A stretch of DNA of 64,000 nt from an uncultured delta proteobacterium (lineage in GTDB: Bacteria > Myxococcota_A > Polyangia > Polyangiales > Polyangiaceae): contig CAWDXG010000004.1 in assembly GCA_963806225.1 (NCBI GenBank), positions 5,344,001-5,408,000 of the forward strand. The letters run 5' to 3'. Each line of letters begins with the position of its first letter. Positions within the stretch are counted from its first letter, which is position 1. Shown here piece by piece: positions 17,061 to 27,370 of the stretch. A program made the position numbers and the translations under genes. The notes under the pieces were generated by a model. It saw only the letters and a program-made list of their open reading frames with translations, was not told where the DNA came from and made no database searches.

Positions 17061-20000
17061 CTAGACAACCGGCCGGCTCCGGCGCGCGCGCCGTCGCTGC
17101 CGCCACAGATAGAACGCCGGCACGGCGAATAGGTTCAGCGCGGTCGACGACAGCAGCCCGCCGCACACGATGAACGCCATCGGGGCTTCGAGCTCGCTGC
17201 CGGCGCGGCCCATCGACGCCGCCAGGGGCAGCAGGCCGAAGAAGGCGGCGGCGGCCGTCATCAGGATGGGCAGCAGGCGTTCGCGCGCGGCTTGCAGCAC
17301 CACTTCGTCCGGCGCGCTGTCCGGCGACGCGGCGCGGAGCTGGTTCTTGTGCGACACGAGCATGATGCCGTTGCGGCTGATGATCCCGGCGAGCGTCACG
17401 AAGCCGACGAGGCCCGCCATGCTCAGCCCTTCCGGCAGCAGGAGTGCCGCCGCCACGCCGCCGGCCAGCCCGAGCGGCAGGCCGCCGAGGACGACGCCCG
17501 CGTCGACGAGCGAGCCGAAAGCCAACCACAGGAACGCGAAGATCGCCGCCAGTACGAGGCCCACCGTCACCGCCAGCTCGGCGCTGGCCTGTCGTCGCTC
17601 GGCCGCCTGGCCGGCGAGCTTCCACGAGGTTCCTGCGGGCAGTTGGGCCCTGGCCATCAGCCGCTCGATGTGCTCGGCGACGTTGGAGAGCTGTCTGCTC
17701 CTGGGGCGGGCCGTGACGGTGACCACGCGCCGGCCTCCTTCGTGATGGATTATCGCCGGCTCGGCGCCGTTCTCGATCTTCACGAGCGCCGACAGCGGGA
17801 GCACGCAGGACCGGGCGGTCGAGATGGGGAGATCGGCGAGGCGGTTCGGTGTGCGAAGCCCGTGCTCCCCGGCGACCACGACCGGCACGGAGAAACCGCC
17901 AGGCACGTTTTCGTCCGCCACGTGGAGCCCCTGGCGCCACGTGGCCGCGCCGTCGACGACGCCGGCACGGCGTACGCCGGCGATGTCCAGGCGCGCGTCG
18001 TCGATATGCAGGTCGAGCGTCGGCGCGTCGGTGAGGCCGGGGGAGCGTACCTCCTCTACTCCCGGGACGCGCGAGAGCTGCGGGATCAGTGCCCGGGCTG
18101 CGCTGCGCAGGGCGTGCAGATCGTCTCCGTAGAACTTGACTGCGATAGGCGCCCGCTCGCCGGACAGCACCTCGTTGATGCGCTCGCCCAGAAAGCCATC
18201 GACGCCTGACTCCACGCCGGGCAGCTGGGCCAGGCGCCGCCTGATGTCCGCGCCGACCGCGTCCGGGTCGCGCCCAGGGGGCAGCACGAGATCCATCTCG
18301 ACACGGTTGACCGGCGCGGCGTCCTCGTCGAGCGCGGCACGGCCGACCCGCGCCACCACGCGGGGCAGTCCGGCGCCGTGCCGCAGGGCGGTGTCGACCC
18401 GTGCGGCCAGCCGCGTGGTCTGCTCGATCGAAGTCCCGGGCGCGGCTCTGAGCTCGGCGATCAGCACGCCCGCATGGAAATCGGGAAGGAAGGCGCCGCC
18501 GAGTAGCGGCAGGGCCACGAGCGCGGCGACGCCCAGGACCACCGCGCCGAGCAGGACGCGCCCGGGCGTGCGGCTCACGCGGTCGAGCGTGCGGCTGTAG
18601 CCGCGGCGGAGCAACCCGGCGAGCCACGTCTCGCGCGCGTCGAGCTTGTGGAAGGCCGGAAGCAGGAGGGCAGCGAGAGCGGGTGTGACAGTTAGCGCGA
18701 CGATCAGCGACGCGGCGACGGCGAGCGCGTACGCCTGTGCGAGCGGCGAGAAGATGCGGCCGGCGAGACCGCCCAGGATGATAACCGGCGTCAGCACCGC
18801 GACGACGATCAGCGAAGCGTACACGACGGCGCCGCGCACCTCGGCCGAGGCGTCGTGGATGACCTGGAGCGCGGGGAGCGGGTCGGGGCGATGGGCGTTT
18901 TGCTGGAGCCTCCGCCAGATGTTCTCAACGTCGACGATGGCGTCGTCGACGACCTCCCCGATCGCGACCGCCAGGCCGCCCAGGATCATGCCGTTGATCG
19001 TGACCCCGCACAGCAAGAGGACGGTCGCGGCCGCGACGATCGACAGCGGCAGCGCCGTCAGGCTGATGATCGCGAGGCGCGGCGAGCGCAGAAACGCGAC
19101 CAGGATAAAGATGACCAGCACCGCGCCGATCGCCATGTCGCGCGCCAGCTCGCCGAGCGAGGTGTGGATGAAATCCGCCTGGCGGAAGCTCGGCGGACGT
19201 CGCCGAGCTCCCGGCGGAAGCTCGGCGTCGAGCTTGCCGAGCGCCGACTCGACCCTGCCGGTTACCTGCACCGTGTCGGCCCATGGGAGCTTGTCCACTT
19301 GCAGGCAGATCGCCGGCTGTCCGTTGTACAGCGCAGCGCCGACAGCCGGCGCGGCGCCCGGGGCTACCTGGGCCACGTCTGCCACACGCACCGGTAGGCC
19401 GTTCCGGGTCGCGATCGCAGTGTTGCCGATCTGGCTGGTGTTGCCCCACGACCAGATGCCGGCCGCCCTGAGCGGCTGCTGTTGCGATCCGGACTCGACG
19501 CGGCCGAGCGGAGCCAGGCTCTGCGCGTCTTCGAGAGATCGACGCAGCTTTTCGAGCGTCACGCCTCGCGCGAGCATCTCGGCAGGGTCCGGGCGGACTT
19601 CGATGCGTTGCGCGGCGCCGCCGTGCACGGTGACCCGGGCGACTCCGTTGATGGCTGCGAGGCGCGGCTCGACCTTCCACTGGGCAAACCGCCACAGAGC
19701 GGGTAGCGTCGTCGGGTCCTCGCGGGCGTCGGTGTAGCAGAACCTGAGCAGCGCACCGACTGGAGCCGTGATGGGAGCGAGCCGGGGTGCCGGCAGCGTC
19801 GCCGGAAGCCGCGCCCGGGCCTCGACAAGCCGTTCCCCCACGAGCTGCCGCGCGCGGAAGATGTCGACGCCGTCCTCGAACGTGAGCTGGATCACCGACA
19901 AGCCCGCGGCCGTGGTCGAACGCACGCGCGTCACGTCCGGCACTCCCAATAGGCTCTGTTCGAGCGGCGTCGTGACGAGCCGCTCCACGTCGGAGCTGCC

Positions 20001-20177
20001 AAGGCCGCGCGCTTCCGCCTGGACGACGACGAGCGGAGGTGCAAAGTCGGGCAGCGCGTCCAGATGTGCGCCGCGCGCCGACCACACGCCGACGACGATC
20101 AGCACGACAGCTCCGAGCAGTACCAGGTACCGGTTCTTGATCGAGCCGCGGATGACCGCGTCGAAGAGCGTGTTCAC
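17061..20177 (-). CDS. CusA/CzcA-family RND efflux permease
   Basis: ~1038 aa; GEVVDDAIVDVENI, RERLLPILMT; GTG start overlaps the MFP stop. Confidence 0.92.
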   Translation of the reverse strand: MNTLFDAVIRGSIKNRYLVLLGAVVLIVVGVWSARGAHLDALPDFAPPLVVVQAEARGLGSSDVERLVTTPLEQSLLGVPDVTRVRSTTAAGLSVIQLTFEDGVDIFRARQLVGERLVEARARLPATLPAPRLAPITAPVGALLRFCYTDAREDPTTLPALWRFAQWKVEPRLAAINGVARVTVHGGAAQRIEVRPDPAEMLARGVTLEKLRRSLEDAQSLAPLGRVESGSQQQPLRAAGIWSWGNTSQIGNTAIATRNGLPVRVADVAQVAPGAAPAVGAALYNGQPAICLQVDKLPWADTVQVTGRVESALGKLDAELPPGARRRPPSFRQADFIHTSLGELARDMAIGAVLVIFILVAFLRSPRLAIISLTALPLSIVAAATVLLLCGVTINGMILGGLAVAIGEVVDDAIVDVENIWRRLQQNAHRPDPLPALQVIHDASAEVRGAVVYASLIVVAVLTPVIILGGLAGRIFSPLAQAYALAVAASLIVALTVTPALAALLLPAFHKLDARETWLAGLLRRGYSRTLDRVSRTPGRVLLGAVVLGVAALVALPLLGGAFLPDFHAGVLIAELRAAPGTSIEQTTRLAARVDTALRHGAGLPRVVARVGRAALDEDAAPVNRVEMDLVLPPGRDPDAVGADIRRRLAQLPGVESGVDGFLGERINEVLSGERAPIAVKFYGDDLHALRSAARALIPQLSRVPGVEEVRSPGLTDAPTLDLHIDDARLDIAGVRRAGVVDGAATWRQGLHVADENVPGGFSVPVVVAGEHGLRTPNRLADLPISTARSCVLPLSALVKIENGAEPAIIHHEGGRRVVTVTARPRSRQLSNVAEHIERLMARAQLPAGTSWKLAGQAAERRQASAELAVTVGLVLAAIFAFLWLAFGSLVDAGVVLGGLPLGLAGGVAAALLLPEGLSMAGLVGFVTLAGIISRNGIMLVSHKNQLRAASPDSAPDEVVLQAARERLLPILMTAAAAFFGLLPLAASMGRAGSELEAPMAFIVCGGLLSSTALNLFAVPAFYLWRQRRRARRSRPVV

Positions 20178-21313
20178 CTTGCGTCTCCGGCACCGGGCGG
20201 AGCCCGCGCCAGCACACCGAGCAACGCCCACGCCCCCCGGGAGACGACGCGATCCCCCGCGGCGAGCCCCGAAGTGATGGCGCTCCGCGTGGCGTCGCGC
20301 GCGCCGACTTTCACGCTGCGCGCTCTGTACCGACCGTCGCGCAGCTGGACGAACACGACCGACCCGGAGCCGCGGCGCACCACGGCACGGGCCGGCACCA
20401 CGACGCCGTGCGTTGGATAGCGCACCTCGACCGCGACGATCGCGCCGGGCGGCAGATCGGCCGCAGCTTCCGGCGGCGCTTCCAGCCGGTCGCGGCGCGT
20501 CCCGTCGGACTGCACAACCACGCCGCGGCTCAGCAACCTGGCCGAGACGGACCCTGTCACGCCCTCGACGCGATAGGCGGCGCCGACGGGGTCGCCCGGA
20601 GGCACGGCCAGATCGATCCAGCGCGGGCCCGGCTGCACGATGCGAGCGATGACGGTGCCCTGACCCACGAGTGCTCCTGTGTCGGTCGCGAGGCTCGCGA
20701 CCACGCCGCTCGCCGGCGCCCGGAGCTCGATGCGGCCGCCGGTCAGACGCCCCAGATCCGAGACGGCGCGACGGAGGCTCTTCTCGCGCGCCTGCTCGGC
20801 CGTGAGCCCGGCCTCGGCCTGCGCTTTTGCAGCCTGGGTGCCGAGGCCCGAGGCGATCAATGCGGAAGCGCGATCCAGCTCGCTCTGCCGGGCCTTGACT
20901 TCGGCGTGGGCCGCTTCGACCTGCCCCTGCAGCTCGCGCCGCTGCGCCTGCAGGCTGGCCTGGGACGCGGCGCTGACGAGTGGCTCGAGAGCGACCAGCT
21001 CGTCAGCGGCCGATACGTGCGCGCCCAGGGCGACCTTCGGCAGAGCGAGGCGTCCCGTAACCGGTGCGACGACAAGCGCATTTTCCTGCGGCCGCCCCAC
21101 CACCTTGCCGAACCTGAGCGAGCTGCGGGTGAGCACGCCCTTGCGCGCGACCGCTGTCTGGAGGCCGATCGCGGCGCGCTCCGCTCGCGTGAGGACGATG
21201 TGTCCGCTTCCATCGAGTCGCGACGGCGGCGGCGCATGCTCGTCCTCCTCGTGGCTTGTCCTGCAACCCGCCGTCAGCAGGACGGCAGAGAGCAGCAGGC
21301 ATACAGCCCGCAT
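20174..21313 (-). CDS. RND efflux periplasmic adaptor (CzcB/CusB-like MFP lipoprotein)
   Basis: Lipobox LTAGC, HEEDEH, IELRAPASGVV, GLAAGDRVV. Confidence 0.88.
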   Translation of the reverse strand: MRAVCLLLSAVLLTAGCRTSHEEDEHAPPPSRLDGSGHIVLTRAERAAIGLQTAVARKGVLTRSSLRFGKVVGRPQENALVVAPVTGRLALPKVALGAHVSAADELVALEPLVSAASQASLQAQRRELQGQVEAAHAEVKARQSELDRASALIASGLGTQAAKAQAEAGLTAEQAREKSLRRAVSDLGRLTGGRIELRAPASGVVASLATDTGALVGQGTVIARIVQPGPRWIDLAVPPGDPVGAAYRVEGVTGSVSARLLSRGVVVQSDGTRRDRLEAPPEAAADLPPGAIVAVEVRYPTHGVVVPARAVVRRGSGSVVFVQLRDGRYRARSVKVGARDATRSAITSGLAAGDRVVSRGAWALLGVLARAPPGAGDAR

Positions 21314-21314
21314 C

Positions 21315-22160
21315 TCACCGGGCCGCGCCGAGCAACGCATGCATGACGCTTTCGCCGTAGACAAGCCCCAGGCACAGCGCGCCGAGCAGTAGGGCGAGCC
21401 ACCAGGCGCGGACCAGCCGTGACTGCGGCCGCGCGACCACGGTCGCCGCGTCGGGCGACAGCAGGCGGTGGACGCGCCAGGCGATGCCGTCGCCCGCGCC
21501 TGCGGCGCGGGCCGACGCGGTGGGGACCGGGCAGCACTGCAGTCGCGCCGCAGTCACGATGGCTTCGGCCAAATCCGTCGGATCGGTTCCGTCCGCGAGA
21601 GCGCTGCTGTCGCGGTCGGCTTCCAGTGCCAGGAGCCAGGCCGCGAAGCGCTGTGAAGCGCCCGGGACGGGCCACTGCAGATCGGCGCCGATCTGGGCCA
21701 GCCAGATACGGAGCGGATCGCGCCGCTCGACATGTGCCCGCTCGTGGGCGAGCGCAGCCCGGATAACCTCCTCCGGCACGCTCTCGAGGAAGCTCCGCGA
21801 GACCACGATCCGCGGCCTCAGCAGCCCGACAGTCGCGATAGGCGCGCGGTGGATGGATGCTGAACGCAGCGCCCGGATCGCGCGTACGAGAGCGCGCAGT
21901 GCTATGACAGCGCCGAGGGTGGCAAGCAGGTCCGACCGCAGACCGGCGCGTTCGTCAGCTGGGTTCGGCTCCTGCAACGACCAGCCCCACAGGAACGCGA
22001 ACGTGACGGCCCAGACGTACAGGGGGCGCATCAGCACCCACCAGGCGCGCGGCTCCGGCTCGTGCGCCGAGGCGTCGAGGCCCTGCGCCAGTGCACCGAG
22101 CCAGACGACAGCAGCGAACAGCGCCGCCGCGACGATGGCGAGGACGAGCTCAGGGTCCAT
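21315..22160 (-). CDS. M56-family (BlaR1-like) membrane metallopeptidase
   Basis: TVGLLRPRIVVS, HERAH zinc motif, EADRD; directly downstream of the BlaI-like gene. Confidence 0.82.
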   Translation of the reverse strand: MDPELVLAIVAAALFAAVVWLGALAQGLDASAHEPEPRAWWVLMRPLYVWAVTFAFLWGWSLQEPNPADERAGLRSDLLATLGAVIALRALVRAIRALRSASIHRAPIATVGLLRPRIVVSRSFLESVPEEVIRAALAHERAHVERRDPLRIWLAQIGADLQWPVPGASQRFAAWLLALEADRDSSALADGTDPTDLAEAIVTAARLQCCPVPTASARAAGAGDGIAWRVHRLLSPDAATVVARPQSRLVRAWWLALLLGALCLGLVYGESVMHALLGAAR

Positions 22161-22572
22161 GGCGTCGCCTCTTCCTCGCCCGGAGCTCCGCCTCCAGTGT
22201 CTGGACCAGCTCCGGGGAAACGTCCTCGAGGGCACCAACCAGCGCGGCGACGGCTGGTAGCGGCCCGCTCTCGGCGAGCTTCCGGATGATCCCTCGTGCC
22301 ATCGCACGCTGGGTCTCGTCGCGCTCTGCGACGGCCTGGAAGGTGTGCGCGCGGCCCGTCCGGTGACGTTTCACCATGCCCTTTTCGACGAGGCGATCGA
22401 GCACCTTGGCTACCGTCGTGTAGACGATCCCGCGCGGCGCGCCGACCTCTTCGTAGAGCTCGCGCACCGTTGCCTGCTCGCGCGCCCACAGTGCGGCCAG
22501 CAGGCTGCGCTCGAGCTCGCCGCCGGGCAGCGCGCGCTGCCGTCCCGGGTTGCCTCTTGATGGTCTTGGCAT
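22150..22572 (-). CDS. BlaI/MecI/CopY family repressor
   Basis: GELE...ATVRELY...YTTVAKVLDRLVEKG winged HTH. Confidence 0.9.
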   Translation of the reverse strand: MPRPSRGNPGRQRALPGGELERSLLAALWAREQATVRELYEEVGAPRGIVYTTVAKVLDRLVEKGMVKRHRTGRAHTFQAVAERDETQRAMARGIIRKLAESGPLPAVAALVGALEDVSPELVQTLEAELRARKRRRHGP

Positions 22573-22576
22573 ATCT

Positions 22577-22626
22577 CTACGGCGCATGTCGTAGTTAGTC
22601 TGCGACTCGCGTCGTAGGTCCGTCAA
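22577..22626 (-). promoter_or_regulatory. tandem BlaI-type operators with overlapping sigma70-like promoter
   Basis: CTACGGC-N4-GTCGTAG (22577-22594) and CTGCGAC-N4-GTCGTAG (22600-22617); minus-strand TTGACG at 22621-22626. Confidence 0.6.
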
Positions 22627-22787
22627 GGCCCGGCTGTTCGCTGCCGGCTGGTCCTCTGCCGTCCGGGCACGGCGCGGCGGGGGTCGCCGGCGTCCGCGCT
22701 CCGCGTCACGTCCCGGCCTGTCCGGGCAGCACGCTCGCCCCTGGCTCGACCTGCCGGACTACGCGTCCGGCCTTTGACTGCGCCTCC

Positions 22788-24221
22788 TCAGGGGCAGCCG
22801 CCGGTCCCCGCCGCCGGCGCACCGGTCGGCGGGGTCATGAGCGCCGGTTGCGTGAAGTCGAACATGTCGAGCAGCGCGTCCGAGTTGGCGTCGCGATTGG
22901 TCAGCGCCGGCAGGTCGAAGAGGAGCTCGACGAAGCGGGTGATCGACGTGGCCTCGTGCACGCGGTGCGAGACGTAGCCGGGCCGCGCCCAGGGCGAAAC
23001 GATCAAGAGCGGAACGCGGAAGCCCATGCGGTTGAAGGAGGCGTTGACGCTCCGGTTGTCCGGCACGCAGGCGTGCGGCGGCTTCACGTGATCGAAGAAG
23101 CCGCCGGCCTCGTCGTAGGTGTAGATGAGCGCGGTGTTCTTCCACTGGGGGCTCTTGAAAAGCGCCATGACCAGCTTCCGGAAGAAGGCTTCCCCCTTCT
23201 GCACGTCGGCCACCGAGTGCTCGTCCAGGTCGCCACCGACGTCGACGAAGGACACCCGCTTCAGCGTGCCGCCCGAAAGATCAGTGAAGAGCTGGCTCAG
23301 CGGAGCGACGCCGGGCGACGAGGTCGTCCGGCCCACGCACTTCGTGCGCACATGCCCGCTATAGTACTCACGGTAGCTCACGCCAGCGTCGTGCAACACG
23401 TCGAAGATGGTGCGGACGCCGATGATCCGCTCGTCCGTGTTCTTCACGCCGTCGGAGGTCGCGTCGTAGAGGTAGTCCCGGTTCGGCCAGGTCGGTCCGA
23501 GCACCGAGCTGAACTGGTGGTCCGCCATCGAAAAGTGGCTGTAGGCCCAGTAGTAGAAGGGGATGTCACGTTCGTCGAACCAGTAGAGCGCGCGGCGCCC
23601 GTTCCCGTTGCTGGCGGCGTTCTGGTAGAAGCCGTCGAGCTTGCCGCTGTTGTACTGGTCGTGCATCGCGGTCCAGTTGTGGTGGATGTCCGGTGAGATG
23701 CAGGTGCTCGGCGAATGCCGCACGGTCGACGTGCCGCCGGACCCGTCGGGATTGCTGAAATTGGACGGAAAGCTTTCGACGGGGTGTCCGTAGTGCGTCA
23801 GGCGGCCGAAGTAGTGGTCGAACGAACGATTCTCCTGCATGAAGACGATCACGTGCTTGATCGGAATGGCTTTCCGCTCCGCGTCCGTGATGCCAATCGT
23901 CTTCTGCACGTGCGCGCCCGCCTTGAACTCGCACGCCTCGCGCCGCGGCCTGTAGATAGGGTCGGGGTCACCGGCGTCCGCGGATCCGGAGTCGGGAACG
24001 TCGGCGTCTGATGGGCCCGCGGCGTCCGCGTCGCCCGCATCGGTGGGGACCGCGCCGCCCCCATCGGTGGGGACCGCGCCGTCGGATGCATCGGGCCAAC
24101 CGACGGAGACAGCCCCTCCCGCGGCATCCATGCCAGCGTCGTCCGCGCTCGCCTGCGAGTCGGCTCCGCTGCAGCCAGCAAGCGAGATGAGCAGAAGGGA
24201 GAAGGTCACGAGGAGCTTCAT
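22788..24221 (-). CDS. phospholipase C / acid phosphatase (phosphoesterase family) lipoprotein
   Basis: IKHVIVFMQENRSFDHYFG, GPTWPNR, TYDEAGGFFDHV, GFRVP; lipobox LAGC. Confidence 0.9.
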   Translation of the reverse strand: MKLLVTFSLLLISLAGCSGADSQASADDAGMDAAGGAVSVGWPDASDGAVPTDGGGAVPTDAGDADAAGPSDADVPDSGSADAGDPDPIYRPRREACEFKAGAHVQKTIGITDAERKAIPIKHVIVFMQENRSFDHYFGRLTHYGHPVESFPSNFSNPDGSGGTSTVRHSPSTCISPDIHHNWTAMHDQYNSGKLDGFYQNAASNGNGRRALYWFDERDIPFYYWAYSHFSMADHQFSSVLGPTWPNRDYLYDATSDGVKNTDERIIGVRTIFDVLHDAGVSYREYYSGHVRTKCVGRTTSSPGVAPLSQLFTDLSGGTLKRVSFVDVGGDLDEHSVADVQKGEAFFRKLVMALFKSPQWKNTALIYTYDEAGGFFDHVKPPHACVPDNRSVNASFNRMGFRVPLLIVSPWARPGYVSHRVHEATSITRFVELLFDLPALTNRDANSDALLDMFDFTQPALMTPPTGAPAAGTGGCP

Positions 24222-24325
24222 CCCGCCAGAATACATGTGGCGGGGTGCGCGCCGAACCCCTCGCTCAAATCCCGCAGGATATCGGGCGGTCGCGGCGGAA
24301 TGGACCGGTGCCGACCGGTTCCAGG

Positions 24326-27300
24326 TCATGCACGTTGCCCCCTTGTGCCGCCGAGCAAGTGGAACAGCACCGGTAGCACCAGCAGCACCGCTGGCACCGT
24401 CAGCACGAGCCCCGATATGATCGCGATGGCGAGCGGCGCGAGCATCGCCGAGCCCTGACCGATGGAGAGCGCCAGCGGCACCAGCGCCAGGATCGCCGCA
24501 AGCGCGGTCATCAGGATCGGCCGGAAGCGCAGGACCCCCGCCTCGAGGAGCCGCTCGTCCGCAGGCATCGCGGGGTCGAGGTCCTTCCACTGGCTCATGT
24601 AGAAGACGGCCGCCTCGCTGGAGATGCCAACGATCATCGTCAGGCCCATCATCGACGTGATGTTGAGCTCGGTGCCCGTCCACCACAGCCCGGAGAACAC
24701 CGCCGTCGTCGAGAGCAGCGCCACGGCCAGGATGGCTAGCGGCGCGCTGAAGCGCTCGTACAGGTAGAGCAAGAGCGCGAACAGCAGCAGCACCGCTGCG
24801 ACCATCACGCCAATCAGGCCGCGAAACGACTTCTGTTGCTCCTGGTAGAGCCCGCCGTATCCGACGTACGCCCCGGGTGGCATGGACATTCCGCCGACTG
24901 CACTCTTCACGTCTTTCATCACCGAGCCCATGTCGCGGCCCGAGATGCGTCCGGTCACGGCCACCATCGTCTTCAGGTTGTCGCGGGTGATCTGCGGCTG
25001 TCCGACCTTTCGCTCGATGCTCGCCACGCGCCCGAGACGCACGCGCGTGCCATTGCTCGTAATCAGCGGCAGGTCGCGGATCTGCGCCATCCGCTTGCGC
25101 AGCTCCGGCTCCGTCCACACACGGATGCCGACCATCTTCTCGCCGCGCTGCACCTGGGTCGTAACGACGCCGCCGACGACGACCTCGGCCAGGTGGGTCA
25201 CTTCCTCCGGGTCGAGGCCGAGCCGTTCGGCCTTGAGGCGGTCCACGCGGATGTCCAATGCGTCGCCCGCCAGTACTACGCCGCTCTTCACGTCGACTAC
25301 GCCATTGACCTTGCGGATGCGGGCGGCGACCCGCCGTGCCTCGGTGCGCAATTGGTCGGGAGTTGCTCCGAACAATTTGACCTCGATCGGCTGCGGCACC
25401 GCCGTCAGGTCGCCGATCAGATCCTCCATCAGCTGCGCGAGCTCGATGGTCACTCCGGGTACCCGCTGCTGGACCTTCTCGCGCACCTCATCCATGACTT
25501 CGTCGATGGTTCGGCGCGGCGGCGGCTTCAGCCGTACGAAGTAGTCGCCTTCGTTGGCCTCGGTGAGCCCACCGCCAAGTTGGATCCCGGTGCGCCGCGA
25601 GTACGAGCTCACTTCGGGGATGCTCTGCAGGATCTTCTCGAGCTGTCTCAACCTGCGATCCGTCTCGGTCAGCGATGTGCCGGGTGGCGCACGGTAATCC
25701 AGCACGAATCCGCCCTCGTCCATGGCGGGCATGAAGCCGGAGCCCGTATGGCGGTAGGCGACCCAGCCTAGCGCGAGCAGCGGCACTACACCGAGCAGCA
25801 ACCACGCCGGCCGTGCCAGCAGCGCCGTGAGCAGGCGACGGTATCCGGACAGCACCTTGCCCAGGATCGGCCCGATATCTTCCGTCTTCGCGTCGCGCGG
25901 ACGCAGCATCATCGCCGAGAGCAGTGGCACGCCGAGAAACGCGAACAGGTAGGAGACGACCAGCGCCGAGGCCATGGTGAGCGACAACGCCTTGAAGAAG
26001 GCGCCCGTCACGCCGCTCAGGAAGGCCAGCGGCACGAACACCGTCACGGTCGCGAGCGATGACCCGGTGAGCGGCACGGCCATCTCGCGCGCTGCTTCGA
26101 GCAGTGTGTCGCGCCGGCCGTGGCCCGAGCCACGTAGCCGATGAATGCCGTGCTCGACCATCACGATGCCGTCGTCGAGAACGAGCCCGATCGCCGAGGC
26201 CATGCCGCCGAGCGTCATGATGTTGATGCCCTGGCCCATCGCGCGCAGCAAGAGGAGCGTGATCGCCAGCACGGCCGGCACGCAGATCGAGGCCACCAGC
26301 GTGATCCGGAGGTTCCTCAAAAACAGCCACAGCACCAGCACAGCGAGCAGCACGCCGATGAGTGCGGCGTCGCGCACGGCGCTGACGGAGGCGTTGATGA
26401 GATCGGTCTGATCGTACCACGTCCGGATCTCGAGGTCCTTCGGCGCCCGGGCTTTGTATTCGTCGAGCCGTTGTCTCAGATCACTGGCGATCTGTACGGT
26501 ATTGCCATTGCGCTGCTGGTAGACGTCCACGAGCACCGCGTCCCGGCCGTGGGCGACCACGCGCGTCCACTGCGGCGCGGGCGCATCGCGCACCGTCGCC
26601 ACGTCGTCGAGCAGTACGACGCCCTTGGGACTCTGCTTGACGATGACGTGCTCGAGCTCGCCGAGGTTCGTGAACTGCGTGTCGCTGAGGACGAGGTACA
26701 GCTTTTCCTGCTGCTCGAGCCTACCGACCGCCTGCACGACGTTGGCAGCCGACACGGCGCGCACGACGTCGTCCAGTGTTACGCCGGCAGCATCGAGCCG
26801 GACCGGGTCGACCAGGACCTGGAGCTCCTCGGTGCGCCCGCCCTGCACCCGGATGCGCGAGACTCCGCGGATGGTCGAAAGCCGCGGGCCCAGGTCGTAG
26901 AGCGCGCGGTCCCGCAACTCGACCAGCGAGCGGGATTTCGAGCTCAAGCTAAGCCCGATGACCGGGAACACCGTCGGGTCCATGCGCCGGACCTCGTAGC
27001 TCACGCCGGAAGGCAACGACCCCACCGCCTGGCTGATGGCTGAATCGACGAGCAGCGTGCTGGCCACCATGTCGACGCCCCAGTCGAAGTCGACCGAGAT
27101 GTCCGCGCTGCCGCGGCTCGTGTTCGAGCGCACGCTGCGTACGCCCTGCACGCCGCGGATCGCTTCCTCGAGCGGGCGCGTCACCTCCACGACCATGCGA
27201 TCGGCTGGGCGATCGCCGGCGTCGACGTTGACGACGACGCGCGGAAAGGTGGCTCGCGGGAACAGGCCGACCGGCAGGCTCCAGAGCGAGGCGATGCCGC

Positions 27301-27370
27301 CGACAGCGAGCACCGCGAACAGGAACAACACCGAGCGCTGGTGCGCTTCGAGCCAGGAACGGAAGCTCAT
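24326..27370 (-). CDS. RND efflux permease (AcrB/CzcA-like)
   Basis: 1014 aa; GLVLDDGIVMVE, RFRPILMT. Confidence 0.92.
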   Translation of the reverse strand: MSFRSWLEAHQRSVLFLFAVLAVGGIASLWSLPVGLFPRATFPRVVVNVDAGDRPADRMVVEVTRPLEEAIRGVQGVRSVRSNTSRGSADISVDFDWGVDMVASTLLVDSAISQAVGSLPSGVSYEVRRMDPTVFPVIGLSLSSKSRSLVELRDRALYDLGPRLSTIRGVSRIRVQGGRTEELQVLVDPVRLDAAGVTLDDVVRAVSAANVVQAVGRLEQQEKLYLVLSDTQFTNLGELEHVIVKQSPKGVVLLDDVATVRDAPAPQWTRVVAHGRDAVLVDVYQQRNGNTVQIASDLRQRLDEYKARAPKDLEIRTWYDQTDLINASVSAVRDAALIGVLLAVLVLWLFLRNLRITLVASICVPAVLAITLLLLRAMGQGINIMTLGGMASAIGLVLDDGIVMVEHGIHRLRGSGHGRRDTLLEAAREMAVPLTGSSLATVTVFVPLAFLSGVTGAFFKALSLTMASALVVSYLFAFLGVPLLSAMMLRPRDAKTEDIGPILGKVLSGYRRLLTALLARPAWLLLGVVPLLALGWVAYRHTGSGFMPAMDEGGFVLDYRAPPGTSLTETDRRLRQLEKILQSIPEVSSYSRRTGIQLGGGLTEANEGDYFVRLKPPPRRTIDEVMDEVREKVQQRVPGVTIELAQLMEDLIGDLTAVPQPIEVKLFGATPDQLRTEARRVAARIRKVNGVVDVKSGVVLAGDALDIRVDRLKAERLGLDPEEVTHLAEVVVGGVVTTQVQRGEKMVGIRVWTEPELRKRMAQIRDLPLITSNGTRVRLGRVASIERKVGQPQITRDNLKTMVAVTGRISGRDMGSVMKDVKSAVGGMSMPPGAYVGYGGLYQEQQKSFRGLIGVMVAAVLLLFALLLYLYERFSAPLAILAVALLSTTAVFSGLWWTGTELNITSMMGLTMIVGISSEAAVFYMSQWKDLDPAMPADERLLEAGVLRFRPILMTALAAILALVPLALSIGQGSAMLAPLAIAIISGLVLTVPAVLLVLPVLFHLLGGTRGQRA

